Below, in pieces: positions 45,501-56,510 of a stretch of 64,000 bases of DNA (the stretch's first letter is position 1; each line of letters begins with the position of its first letter). Below the pieces are notes generated by a model, which worked only from the letters and a program-made list of their open reading frames with translations, did no database searches and was not told the DNA's origin. The translations under genes were made by a program, and so were the position numbers. The DNA lies in NCBI GenBank assembly GCA_020184695.1, contig JAANOX010000047.1, forward strand, positions 393,257 through 457,256, written 5' to 3'. The DNA comes from Histomonas meleagridis 2922-C6/04-290x. Its lineage: Eukaryota; Protista; Parabasalia.

Positions 45501-46676
45501 ATACTCTTCGTTAAATCATACTCATAATGAATACTCATTAACAACACATAATCATGATGATAAATACTCTTCGTTAAATCATACACATGAAATTATTAAT
45601 AATGATTTAGCTATTAATGGTAGTCTTGTCGCAAATTCCATTAACGGATATTATATTTCAAACAGTATTGGAGGAGGTTCTAATTCAACAGTAAATATTC
45701 CATCAATCGCGACTATTAAATCAGATGGTGTAATGGAAGTTGGACAATATATTGACTTTCATGATAATAATGATTTAAATAGTGATTATTCTTGGAGAAT
45801 AAGAACTGCCGGCAATGTTATGTATTTCGGTAAACTTGATAATAATGATGGTGTTATTAGTTTCAATGGAATTGATGGTAATATAAATTGTATTTCTATT
45901 AATGATATACCTGTTAATAATTTTTCTTTAAATACACATACTCATAGTTATAATGATATTACTGATAAACCATCAACATTTACTCCATCATCTCATACTC
46001 ATCAACCTGCTGATATTGTTCCTTATCAAAATTCTGTATTAAAAACACAGGAAGATTTTTAGATTTCGTTTTTCATAATAATTCAACAGAAGCACCAGGT
46101 ATTTATACTTGGAGAATAGCATCATATGAAAATGAATTAGGATTTTGGCATATATCAGATGATACATACAGAAAAGCTATTATATCAAGTAGTGGTGGAG
46201 GTCAGATTAATAAAACTATTGTGCATAATGCGCCGATAGACGAAACATTAACATTAAATGATTTTGATATTGGCTCTCCTGTATTTATAACAGGTAACGT
46301 ATATAAATTAAATAATAATAATTATACTTCAGTTACTGATTCTACTAATTGTATTCCTAGTGTTAAATCATCAGGAACTTATAAAGAATTTATCGGAATT
46401 TGTACAGCAAAACATAACTCTGGTGAAATTTTTCAAATAGGAGACACAATTAAACAAGACATATCGATTAATCAAGATACAATTGATTTTGCAACTCACG
46501 GAGATTATTATTTTAAAGTTACTGATTCATCAAAATATAATATTGGCGATACAGTGCTTTATGATGAAACTATATTAGATGACGAAACACCATTAACGGC
46601 AAAAATAAATAATATGATTATTGGAAAAGTCACCGCTATTATATCTGATTCTCTGTTAGCTGTATTTCGGCAATAA
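42580..46676 (+). pseudogene. Large HxH-repeat, phage tail-fibre-like gene in several frameshifted pieces
   Basis: Many HxH motifs (THNHDDKYS, NHTHE, HTHSYNDITDKPSTFTPSSHTH), a duplicated DGVMEVGxYIDF module and a C-terminal IDFATHGDY domain. Confidence 0.75.
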
Positions 46677-46962
46677 TATCGCGAATTCTTTTTAATGATT
46701 CATTCACATAAATTAACACTTCATTTATTTTTTTATGTTGTTCTGCAATAATATTTTTATTCTTTTTACTTCTTTTATTCTTCGGTTCGTTAATTTCTAA
46801 ATATTGTTTACAAATTTCTAATGGTGATTTTTCTATTAAATCATTTTCTACAATAAAAGTAATCAGTAACTGAATATATAATTCATTTAAATGAATTTTT
46901 GCAGTTTCTATTTCTTCGTCAATATTTTCATTTATTTTCTTTATATCAAAAAATCTTTCCAT
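46639..46962 (-). CDS. Hypothetical element protein (107 aa)
   Basis: Intact ORF with TATAAA directly before the ATG. Confidence 0.55.
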   Translation of the reverse strand: MERFFDIKKINENIDEEIETAKIHLNELYIQLLITFIVENDLIEKSPLEICKQYLEINEPKNKRSKKNKNIIAEQHKKINEVLIYVNESLKRIRDIIAEIQLTENQI

Positions 46963-47083
46963 TTTATATAAAATAAAAAAATAAAAAAAATAAAAATTAA
47001 CTTTAAAAAAATAATGCTAATTTATAAAAAATTTATTTTTTTAATTTCTATAAAAATGTTAATGAAAAATTCTTGTTCTGCTC

Positions 47084-48016
47084 TTGTTTCGGAAAAATCA
47101 AACGTCTGCTTTATGCTTAACTAAATTAAATAATATAAAGATTGAAAATAAAATTAATGATTCAGTAAATGATTATTCAAATACTATTAAAGAATATAAA
47201 AATAAAATCTTAAATCATCAACTTCCCGTTGAAGTTAAATTAGAAAGAAATCAACAATATTTAGAACAAATTTTAGAATTTGCAAAATCAATTCCTGCTG
47301 TAAGTATTCCTGAATTAACACTTGATGTTTCAGTCAAAAGTTTTCCAAAAATTGAAATTGAAAAAAGTGATTCAACAGAAATAAAAGCGTTAATTAGAAA
47401 AATTAACAGAAAAACTCAAACCTTTTCTTGTAATCACTCAGCACTCGAACGTAAAGCATTAACATATAATGCTGATGCCTTAAAATTACGTAAAAGGTCT
47501 GAATTAAAGATAATTGATGATTTTTATAAGGTATTAGCCGAATATTGCTGGCGAATAAAGAATAAAGATTCACGCGGAAAAGAATTTAATGAGTTTAATA
47601 TTGAAATGTATGATGTTGATAAAGTTATTGAAGCTTCAATGAATTTTTCGGTTGAAGTTTATAATTTCAATGCTAAGTATCATTCTTTAAAATGTGCTAA
47701 ATGTGAAAAATTAATGAAAGAATATGAATATTCAGTTGAAGATATAGAGGAAAGAAGAAAAGAAGAAGAAGAAAGATTAAAAGATGAAATTAAAAGAATT
47801 CAAGAAGAAGTTGAAGAAATAGAAGATATTAATGATTTCGTTGAAGAGTATTTTCCAAATAAAGAAAGAATTCCTGTTATGTCAATCGTTAAAATGTGGA
47901 AAGCAGTTAAAAAGTGCATGATTCGAAAAGATGAGATTAAAGGAATGCTTGAAGAAACAGGAAATTGGAAAATAACAAACGTTCATAATACACTTTATGC
48001 TACAAAAATAAAATAA
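47084..48016 (+). CDS. Hypothetical element protein (about 310 aa)
   Basis: Long open frame with a charged coiled-coil segment; no recognised family. Confidence 0.6.
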   Translation: MFRKNQTSALCLTKLNNIKIENKINDSVNDYSNTIKEYKNKILNHQLPVEVKLERNQQYLEQILEFAKSIPAVSIPELTLDVSVKSFPKIEIEKSDSTEIKALIRKINRKTQTFSCNHSALERKALTYNADALKLRKRSELKIIDDFYKVLAEYCWRIKNKDSRGKEFNEFNIEMYDVDKVIEASMNFSVEVYNFNAKYHSLKCAKCEKLMKEYEYSVEDIEERRKEEEERLKDEIKRIQEEVEEIEDINDFVEEYFPNKERIPVMSIVKMWKAVKKCMIRKDEIKGMLEETGNWKITNVHNTLYATKIK

Positions 48017-48081
48017 GTAATAAATTTTAAAAAAAAATTAAACCTAATTTAAAAAAAATTTATTTTTTTATTTTTGATAAA

Positions 48082-49996
48082 ATGCCAAAAAGATTGAGCA
48101 AAAAAGAAGTTAGAAGTTTATTTGAAAAATACGGATACACTTTACCGAAAAATTTTGATTATAGAAATACTTCAACACCGCTTGAAGTTTATGACGAACA
48201 ACATCAAAAAGATTGAGTGTTAATCAATTAAGATATAAAATATCAAGAGGAAGATCTGAATATATTCCGGAAGAAATTAATAATTTAATGAATCTTCCTT
48301 TAAGTGATAATGAATCGAAAAATAAAGATTCATTTGAACGTTTTAGTGAAAAGAAAGATGGATTTTTCAAAAATGAATCAGAAGATTTTAAACGTGAAGT
48401 ATTTAATTTAACAAATAAAATAACTAAAAATTTAATGAAACAAAAAGATTTTACGTTTGAAAACAAATCAAGTATTGATACATTTCTTTCTGCTTTGATG
48501 TATGCGATTGAAACATGTGGTACTAAAATTAATAAAGATATTAAAATGACTTTAATTGATGAAGACGGAAGAGAACAATATTTGCATGCAAACAAAAATA
48601 CAGTTGAATTTTTACGTGCTGGATTAAATAATGAAAGAGTGATTGGTGATACGAACGATGTTGTGTTTGAACATATGTTATTTATTAAAACCATTCATTT
48701 TTAATTTAAAGATTTCAAAAAAGGAAAGAGAATAAATCCAGGATTCTTTCCTTATATCAACACGTCAGATATTGATTTAAGAAAATTTGGAATATTTACA
48801 GACGTTAATGATTCTAATATAAATGAATCATGTTTAATTCAAGCATTTATTGCTTCAGAAGTATTGAAAGAAGATGAGTTAGAATTACTGAAGAGTTTTA
48901 TTCAAACGCGAACTGTTCCAAGAAGTGAGTTAAAAAGAATTTCTGATTTATTAAAAATCAAAATTGAAGTCAAAATATTTTATTCAGAAACTAAAAATAC
49001 ATCAAGAAAGGTATTTGGCGAAAATTACAACAGAGAAATAAAACTAATAATTATTGAAGATCATTATATGCTAAATTCTAAAGTTAATGTATCGGAATGT
49101 TATATAAAGAATTATGAAACAATTAATGCTGATTCAAGATTTAAAAATCATAACAGAAAAATGATGTTATTCAAAAGATAATGTTTGAGTTCGGATGTTT
49201 TGATAATGTATATTCATTTTCTGGAGAGATTGCAGATAAAATAAGATCTGAAATTCATTTTCCAAAAATTATTTGGAATAAGATTTATTTAAAACAAAAA
49301 CTTTATTATATTGATCAATGCGGTGCGTATATGTCAAGTGTTCAATCAATTCCTGCTGGATTACCTGATGCTAACGGAAAGTTTAAAGAAGAAAACACAA
49401 AGGTAAAAGAGTTAATAGAAAAATTATATGATGCAAGAATGAAAGCCAAATTATTGGGAAAAGATAAATTGTCAATAACACTTAAATTTTTGATGAATAG
49501 CTGCTGGGGATTTTCGATTCAAAAACCAAAAATTATAAAACATAAATTTGTAAATAACGTTAATAAGTATATTGATGAATTCGCACCTTATGTATTAAAA
49601 TACACTTATAATGCAGATGGAATTTCAGGGTTTGTTGATACAATTAATCCTTATGTTGAAAATTTCACTTATCCACAATTTGCGAAAAGTGTTTTAGATA
49701 ATTTTAATAACAAAATGAATCTTATAAAAGATCTTGTGAAAGTTTATTACTCAAAGGTTGATTCTGCGTTAATATCAGAAGAAGATTTTATGTTATTGAA
49801 AGATAAAGGATTTATTGGTAATGAACTCGGTAAGTTTAAGATTGAACATGTTTTCACCGAGATATATTTTAAATCTCCCGAAAATTTTATCGGTAAGTGT
49901 GTCGATGGAAGTTATTATTACCATTGCACACCGAAGATTAAAGAATACTGTGAAAATTCAAGTGATCCGATAAAGAAATTAATGAGTATGAGCTAA
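48082..49996 (+). pseudogene. Family B (protein-primed type) DNA polymerase, frameshifted
   Basis: Motif A YYIDQCGAYMS, motif B KFLMNSCWG, motif C YYSKVDS and ELGKFKIE in ORF 49181..49996. Upstream pieces include PGFFPYINTSDIDL. Confidence 0.78.
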
Positions 49997-50276
49997 AAAT
50001 AAAATGTATGAAACTTTGTTTCGCTCCGAAGGAGCTCAGGCTCAGAGAGCCGTTCCGAATCTTAAGATTCTTTTTGGTTGTGTTAAATCAACCAAATAAT
50101 GCTTAGAAGCTTGCTAGCCCGAAAAAGTGCGAGCATAAAAAACAGGTTTATGGCGAAGGTGGCAGGATCCTGTCATCTTATGATTCAAGCCAAAAATGCT
50201 CAGAAACTTCCTCAAACCTCAGAAAAAAAAACTTTATTATTTATTTAAAATTTAATTTTTTTATTTTTATATAAAT

Positions 50277-50903
50277 ATGTCAGCTGAGGAGTTCACCACA
50301 AAAACTTATAACGGTGTTTCTATTATTATTTGCAATGCAGATGGTTATGTGAATGCATCGCAAATGTGTTCTTCGAATGGAAAAAGATGGAGATTTTATA
50401 AAACTACAAAAATGTGGAAATCAGTCAAAAATGCTTTTGAACAGCGCTACGGTGAAGGTGGCAGGATCCTGTCATCTTACTATTTGAGTCAAACGGCGCC
50501 AAAATTCCAGGGAGAGTATATTCATCCAAAGCTTGTTCATTTTGTGGCGGAGTATTGCTCTGTTGAATATGCTTTTACTGTTGCAGAAATCATGGATTCC
50601 ATCAACGACAAAGTTCACGAAGTATTAAATGAAAAGCAATTAACGGATACTGTTGAAAATGCTAAACCTGTGTTTATTGAAGTTGCAAAATCAATAGCAC
50701 CAACAATCGACAGAGAGTTAGAGAATAAAACATGTTGGGGATATAGAGACTCAGGCAAAACGTTGGACCAATGGGAGCAAGAAGATTTAGCGAGAGATAT
50801 TAGAGAATACAAAGAAATCAAAAAAAGACTTGAAGAAGTAGAGAAAAAAGTTGATTCGTGGAGTTCATTTATCAAAAAATATCATCCTGAATTTGAAAAA
50901 TGA
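50277..50903 (+). CDS. KilA-N (APSES-like) DNA-binding protein
   Basis: YNGVSIII...DGYVNASQMC...GEYIHPKLVHFVAEYCS matches the KilA-N pattern. Confidence 0.88.
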   Translation: MSAEEFTTKTYNGVSIIICNADGYVNASQMCSSNGKRWRFYKTTKMWKSVKNAFEQRYGEGGRILSSYYLSQTAPKFQGEYIHPKLVHFVAEYCSVEYAFTVAEIMDSINDKVHEVLNEKQLTDTVENAKPVFIEVAKSIAPTIDRELENKTCWGYRDSGKTLDQWEQEDLARDIREYKEIKKRLEEVEKKVDSWSSFIKKYHPEFEK

Positions 50904-50946
50904 ATAGCTTTCTCGAATTTTTTTTGTTATATTTGTTAGGTAGCAT

Positions 50947-51504
50947 TTATTTATAAGTTATTTTTCCTGAACTTTTCACAAATTTTGTGCTTATTTTTCT
51001 TTCCGAAAGAAATTGGCATACATCAGAGTAATTATATTTCAAATTATAAGTATTACCGTCTTTCTTCACATATATTTTTGAAACGTAATCTAGCGTTGAG
51101 CTTTTACAACAACCGGCTTCTTGATCAGCTTTAAGTAATTCAACTTCTTCTGTATCACATAATAATTGAATTAATTTTACTAACTCTCTTTCTTCCGCGA
51201 TGACATATTTATTAACAATCAGAGGATTATTTTCTACAATATCCAAACATAATACTAATGCCTGAATCAACATATCTTTGTCGTGAATTACTTTTTCAAG
51301 ATTAGTTAAAGTTTCATTAGCTGTTTCAATCGAACGTTCTTTAATTTCCGGTTCTTCAGACGTTTCTTGATATTGCATTGGCACTCCTTTAACTACAACA
51401 TTAACGTTTTGACTTTGACTTTGTTTCGGAGAATTTATATTAGTTCCAACTCTTGCAAGAAATCCTCGATTGCAGGATAAAACACTACTTTTAGGAACTG
51501 ACAT
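50947..51504 (-). CDS. Hypothetical element protein (185 aa)
   Basis: Intact ORF preceded by TATAAAA; no recognised family. Confidence 0.6.
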   Translation of the reverse strand: MSVPKSSVLSCNRGFLARVGTNINSPKQSQSQNVNVVVKGVPMQYQETSEEPEIKERSIETANETLTNLEKVIHDKDMLIQALVLCLDIVENNPLIVNKYVIAEERELVKLIQLLCDTEEVELLKADQEAGCCKSSTLDYVSKIYVKKDGNTYNLKYNYSDVCQFLSERKISTKFVKSSGKITYK

Positions 51505-51543
51505 TTTTTATAAGTGATAAAAATTTATTTTTACTGTTATTAA

Positions 51544-51918
51544 ATGGAGGAATCTCTTATTCCAATAAATATTTTCGATTTCATCAAACATCTAAAATTA
51601 AATAAAAAGATAACAACAAAACAATTACCGTTTATAGAAAATATTTATTTCTATATTAATGATTGCGTAATATATAAATATGTAATTGCTGTACGTCCTG
51701 AAATGTTTAAAAGAGCGAAACGTTTCGGTTTGGAATCATTATATAATGTCTATTGTGGAATTAATGTTAAGATTTATGAACCAATACCAAATACAGCAAA
51801 AGGAAGATTTATTTTGATGTGGAATCCAGGCAATTGTGAAATTACAGTTGCTGATGGTGAAGACGAATTACCAAATAATTTTGACAAAAAGTATCATTTA
51901 AATTTTTTAGAGGGTTAA
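51544..51918 (+). CDS. Hypothetical element protein (124 aa)
   Basis: Intact ORF, divergent from 50947..51504. Confidence 0.55.
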   Translation: MEESLIPINIFDFIKHLKLNKKITTKQLPFIENIYFYINDCVIYKYVIAVRPEMFKRAKRFGLESLYNVYCGINVKIYEPIPNTAKGRFILMWNPGNCEITVADGEDELPNNFDKKYHLNFLEG

Positions 51919-52093
51919 AAAAATAAAAAAATGAACCCTTTTTCTAACCCTTAACGAAACGGATAAAATGAGCATTTTTCGGATGATTTGACATGAATAT
52001 TGCATGTTTGCTCGAGTTACTGAGAGGTTAACTTTTTGTGATTTTTTAACCCTTCAAAAAATAAATGATACATTAAACCAATCAATAATATTC

Positions 52094-53706
52094 TTAGCGA
52101 GCCATTCCTGCTACAAGTTGCTCGATTGATGCGTTGGTAATTTCAATTTGACTTCTACCGTCAGGCTTCATTGCTCGAACTTTCAACAGTGCATCTTCAA
52201 AATAAATTCCAGTCGGTGCGATAAAGTTTACATTTTTCATTGCGGTATTTGCCAAACGATCGCCAAATAATTCAATCTGTACCGTCCCAGTTGTTGATAT
52301 TCCACCCATAAAATCTTCTCCCTCAGCAAATGGTAATCCAATGAAGAAATTACTGTTATCTTTACCGTGCCACACTCGTGTTTGGGTATTAACGCCAGTA
52401 TTATTATAAGTATTCTTGAAGTAATACGGTTGAACAGAAGTTTTAATATCTTTTGCTAATGAACTCAAAAGACTTCCATTAAGATTCACAGCATCAAGTA
52501 ACATATTAAGATTTCTTGGGTCATCAACTGTTTCGTATGCTTCTCTTGGATAAATTTTACCGTCAATATTAAAACTATATCTTATTTGTGGATTTAAGAA
52601 GCATGTACGTGAATATTGACTTTGTCTGAATACAGTAAACATTGTATCGCAGTGTTTTAATCCGATTGTAGCAGCAGTATTAAATGATGTTGGAGCACTT
52701 GTTGAATTACTTCCGAGTGGTTGTGTGAAATCTCTTATTTGGCAAACGTGAATCGGAAACAGCATCGGAACTTGAATATATTTTGCAGCAAGTGCATTAA
52801 ACACATCCATTTTCAAAAGATATGTAGCAAGCTTAATTTTTACATCTTTTGTAATTTGTGAATTGCAAACAAATTTTTGAGGAGCATCCATTGTTGCGTA
52901 AACTTTTGTATCAGTTCCCGTGACTTTAATGTTACTCTTTACTGATTCATTAACATTTCTAAATCCAAGGTCGCATAAATAATCTCCTTCAACTACAGCT
53001 TTTGCAGCAACTAATGATTCATGGTCGCATACAGGAGCAATAACAAGATTTTGATATGACGGCATCAGTTCGATTGAAAGCTTACCGCTCCAGTTAGGAT
53101 AATATCGCATATTAAATAACATTAAGAAATAACTTATTGGAATTCTTAATGGAATCTTAACTATAACTTCTTTTGCTGAGGTAATAGCGCTAAAGTCACA
53201 GTAAACGCCAGGAACCATTGAATCATGAGCTCTGATTTTATCAATAGTTGCGAAACAATCATTACCGGCTTTAGCTTCATCAGATAATGAATTAGAAAGC
53301 ATGAACCATTCATACCTTGCGTTATGAACGTCTTGAATTTTATCTGTGTTTGAATAAATTCTGTATTGATCTATAGCATCGCATGAACATTTATAACCGA
53401 CATAATATTCTTTAAACAAAAAGATTTGATTGTGACGGAACGGTAATTGGTACTTCTTGTTCTAAAGTAATATATGAATTATCTAAACCAATAATCTTAA
53501 ATCTATCCGTGAAAATGTCAACGTATGTTGTATCTCCCTTCGTTTATATCTCCAACATTGCCGTAAGAAGTAGCTGTCGTGTATTCATAATTGCCTGGAA
53601 TGATTTCAGAAGCTTTAACTGCTTCATCAACTTCATTATACCAATCTTGAAGGTTTCCAGTCATTGCATCAATAACATTTGGTTGTTGATTTTGTGGTGC
53701 AAACAT
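52094..53706 (-). pseudogene. Putative major capsid protein (double jelly-roll), split by frameshift
   Basis: N-terminal piece 53518..53706 plus beta-rich 441-aa ORF 52094..53419, about 530 aa combined. It resembles the conserved trichomonad Maverick protein as I recall it. The fold is inferred. Confidence 0.6.
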
Positions 53707-53732
53707 TTTATAGTGATAAAAAAATCAAAACA

Positions 53733-55292
53733 TCAATTAGAATCTAAGTCTTCAACAGTTACTGTATTTGTTAACGGTAACAATCTTCTATTAGAAAAAG
53801 TTCTTAAATCATTATAAAATTGAAGTAGTAAATCAGGTGCTAATTGACTCTTTATTTGTTCTAGTAAATCCAGCATATTTATGTTGATTTTTCTGCTAAA
53901 AAAATTGATTAAATCTATCATCTCCAATTGAATTAATCAAAGCATCAATATTATATTCAAGTTGTATTCTTTGATTATTTTGATTTACAACTTGTTGTGC
54001 AATATCTGCTTGTAATTGATTTGTTATTGCTAATTTTCTTGTCGGTGATAATTTTATTTTCTTCGGTTGCTTGTAATTCCTCTCTTCTTTTAATTTCTTT
54101 TTCACGTTCCTTTGTTTGAACTTTTTTCTTAGCGTTCTTAACAATCGATTCTTTGTGCGTCTTGCTTATTTCTGGTTTTGGTCCAACGGCTGTTTGATAT
54201 GCTCCTAATTCTTGAGCTTTAATTTCTTCATCAACTGTTTTTCGTTGTTGCTCAATTTCCGCTTCTTTCAATCTTTCAAATCTTGCTCTTGCTCTTAATC
54301 CAGGTCGTTGTTTTTCTTCTTCTGCAAGTTGTTGTTGATATAAACCATTAATGCTTGTTATGTACTGACTATCTAACGCCTGATATTGCTCCGGAGTTAA
54401 TGCTGTTATTCTTTTAATTCTTTCTTGTTCAAATTTTTATTTTTAGCTTCATTTTTGAGCTTTTTAATAGTTCATTTTCATAACGTGCTCTTTCTAATTC
54501 ATATTGTGTCTGTGCTCGCATTTCATTTGCATTCTTATAATCTTCTGATTTTAAAACTTTCTGTAAAGTTTCTTTTTCATTCTATCCTTTTTCTAACTCA
54601 CGTTGCAAGCTACTTTTTAATTCGCATTTGTTCATTAGCTTCTATTTCATGTTGGCGTTCAATAGTAAGCATTTTTTTGCTTTAGATAATTGAGATTCAA
54701 TTGTTGCGTTTTGATTTTTTAATAAATCAATGTCGCCTTTATACTGAGTTTTTTTAAGTTCTGCCAAAGTTTTTGCGTAACGTTCAGTTTCTTGTTGAGC
54801 TTTGTTTGCTAATTCATGCTGACGTTCAATCTCTCTTTCTGCCATTTCACGTTTTTGCTTTTCTTCGTTATACTTTGCCTCAGCAGCTTTTGTTGCTTTT
54901 TTCATATTTCTTTCTTGTTCATCCAAATTTTTCTTTCTTGCTAATTCATCTTGTTTCTCTCTTCGCGTATCATTAATTTGTTGTTGACGAACATCGTTTT
55001 GATTTCTCATATTATGTATTGCGTCAAGATTAATATTTTGTGGAGTTTGTGATAAAGCAACAGGAAGAAATGGATTTTGTAAATTTGCCATCATTTGTGA
55101 CCTAGCAGAACTACTATTTTGATTTTGCGGTAAGGGAAGAATATTTGATCTAACACTAGCGTTTGGGTTAATTGTTGGTGCTTGAGTAATTAGTCGATTC
55201 GCGTGCGAACTTTGCGATAGCAAATGCCTTAATCCACGTTTAACATTTTTCTTTGTTTTTCTAATTCTACGTTTGACTGCTTTCTTTGTCAT
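53733..55292 (-). pseudogene. Fragmented low-complexity coiled-coil gene(s) with highly basic N-terminus
   Basis: MTKKAVKRRIRKTKKNVKRG start, Q/E/K-rich body, several overlapping frameshifted ORFs. Confidence 0.5.
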
Positions 55293-55315
55293 TTTATAAA
55301 AATAAAAATATTGAT

Positions 55316-55952
55316 TTATAAATATTGAACTCTTGCTCTCCATCCGCGTTGTACCGGCACGTTATAAATTTGTTCTTGAGGTTCAGAAACTTGAGCTTCG
55401 GACGAAAATATAACTTCCTTTTTGTTGTTGTTCTTCATTTTGTTCTTCATTCTTTGTTTGTTCAACTGTTGGAATTTCTTCTGAGTCAATATAAATGTCA
55501 TTCTTTAAACTTCTGATATTTCTTCTTAAGCTTTTTTTATGTTAACCTGTTAATTTATGTAATCTTGAATTTAATTCAATTATATGCTCCATTAATAATT
55601 GGTCGTTTGATAAATAAACTTTACCGTCGTGGTTGTTTTTTTATTTTTTTTTGACTTACCGTTGGAGTTTTTTTGGTTTCTTTGCTGTTACTCTAGCATT
55701 ACCGTTCTTGAAAAATTTGACGTCAAAGAATTCATTTTCAATTTATTTTTTAGCATTAGCAATTATAATTTCTTTTTCTTCTTGTGTTAAATCTTTTACC
55801 GACCTTTTGGAAGGATCGAGCCTCGGCGAGACTGCTTTCTTTGTTATCTTAACATCAGATGTTTTTTCTTCATCAACATTTTCGGTTTCCTCTCCCAAAA
55901 CAATTTCTGTTTCAGTTTCGTGACTCAAAAATTCATTCTCTGTATCAGTCAT
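55316..55952 (-). pseudogene. Fragmented element gene
   Basis: ORF 55743..55952 and downstream pieces to 55316 have coding-like composition but are broken. Confidence 0.4.
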
Positions 55953-56510
55953 TTATTAAATATAAAAAAATGAAAAAAATTCATTTTATTTTTAAGATGC
56001 AAACTTAGTATCTCCCGGAGCATAAGGCATCACTGCTGGGTCGAGGGTGACCGGCACCATATCTTCTTCCTCCAAGTATCACATCACCGGTATATTTTGG
56101 TTTTGTTAACTGACCATAAATTTTTCCTCCTGCTTGAATCCACGGTTGAGTTTTATCCGAAATCTTTTGACCTGTGTCTAAAACACGTTCGGCTACTTCT
56201 TTGCCTTTTTCAACTGCTTGTCTTATTTTGTCTTTAATCTTACCGTCAGGAACTGCATCAACTATTTTATCTATTTTATCTGTTATATCTCCTTTACGCT
56301 TTCTTACTGTATCAATTATTCCTGGAATCTTTTTTTACCAAATTCAATTCCTCGACTGATTATTGGCGAGACCTTACCGTAAATTCCCTTTCCTCTATCA
56401 ATAACTTCTCTCACAAGACGACAAGAATAATGAATAAATTATCTTATTCCACCGAATATACTACCTAATCCCATTTAATATAATAAAAAAAACGTCTTAA
56501 TAACTCTTAA

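Noticed and set aside
48224-48694. Minus-strand ORF 48224..48694
   Set aside because: Antisense shadow of the polymerase N-terminal piece.
50104-50260. Remnant of a second KilA-N gene upstream of 50277
   Set aside because: Outside the shared ~33 nt, the translation shows no KilA-N similarity.
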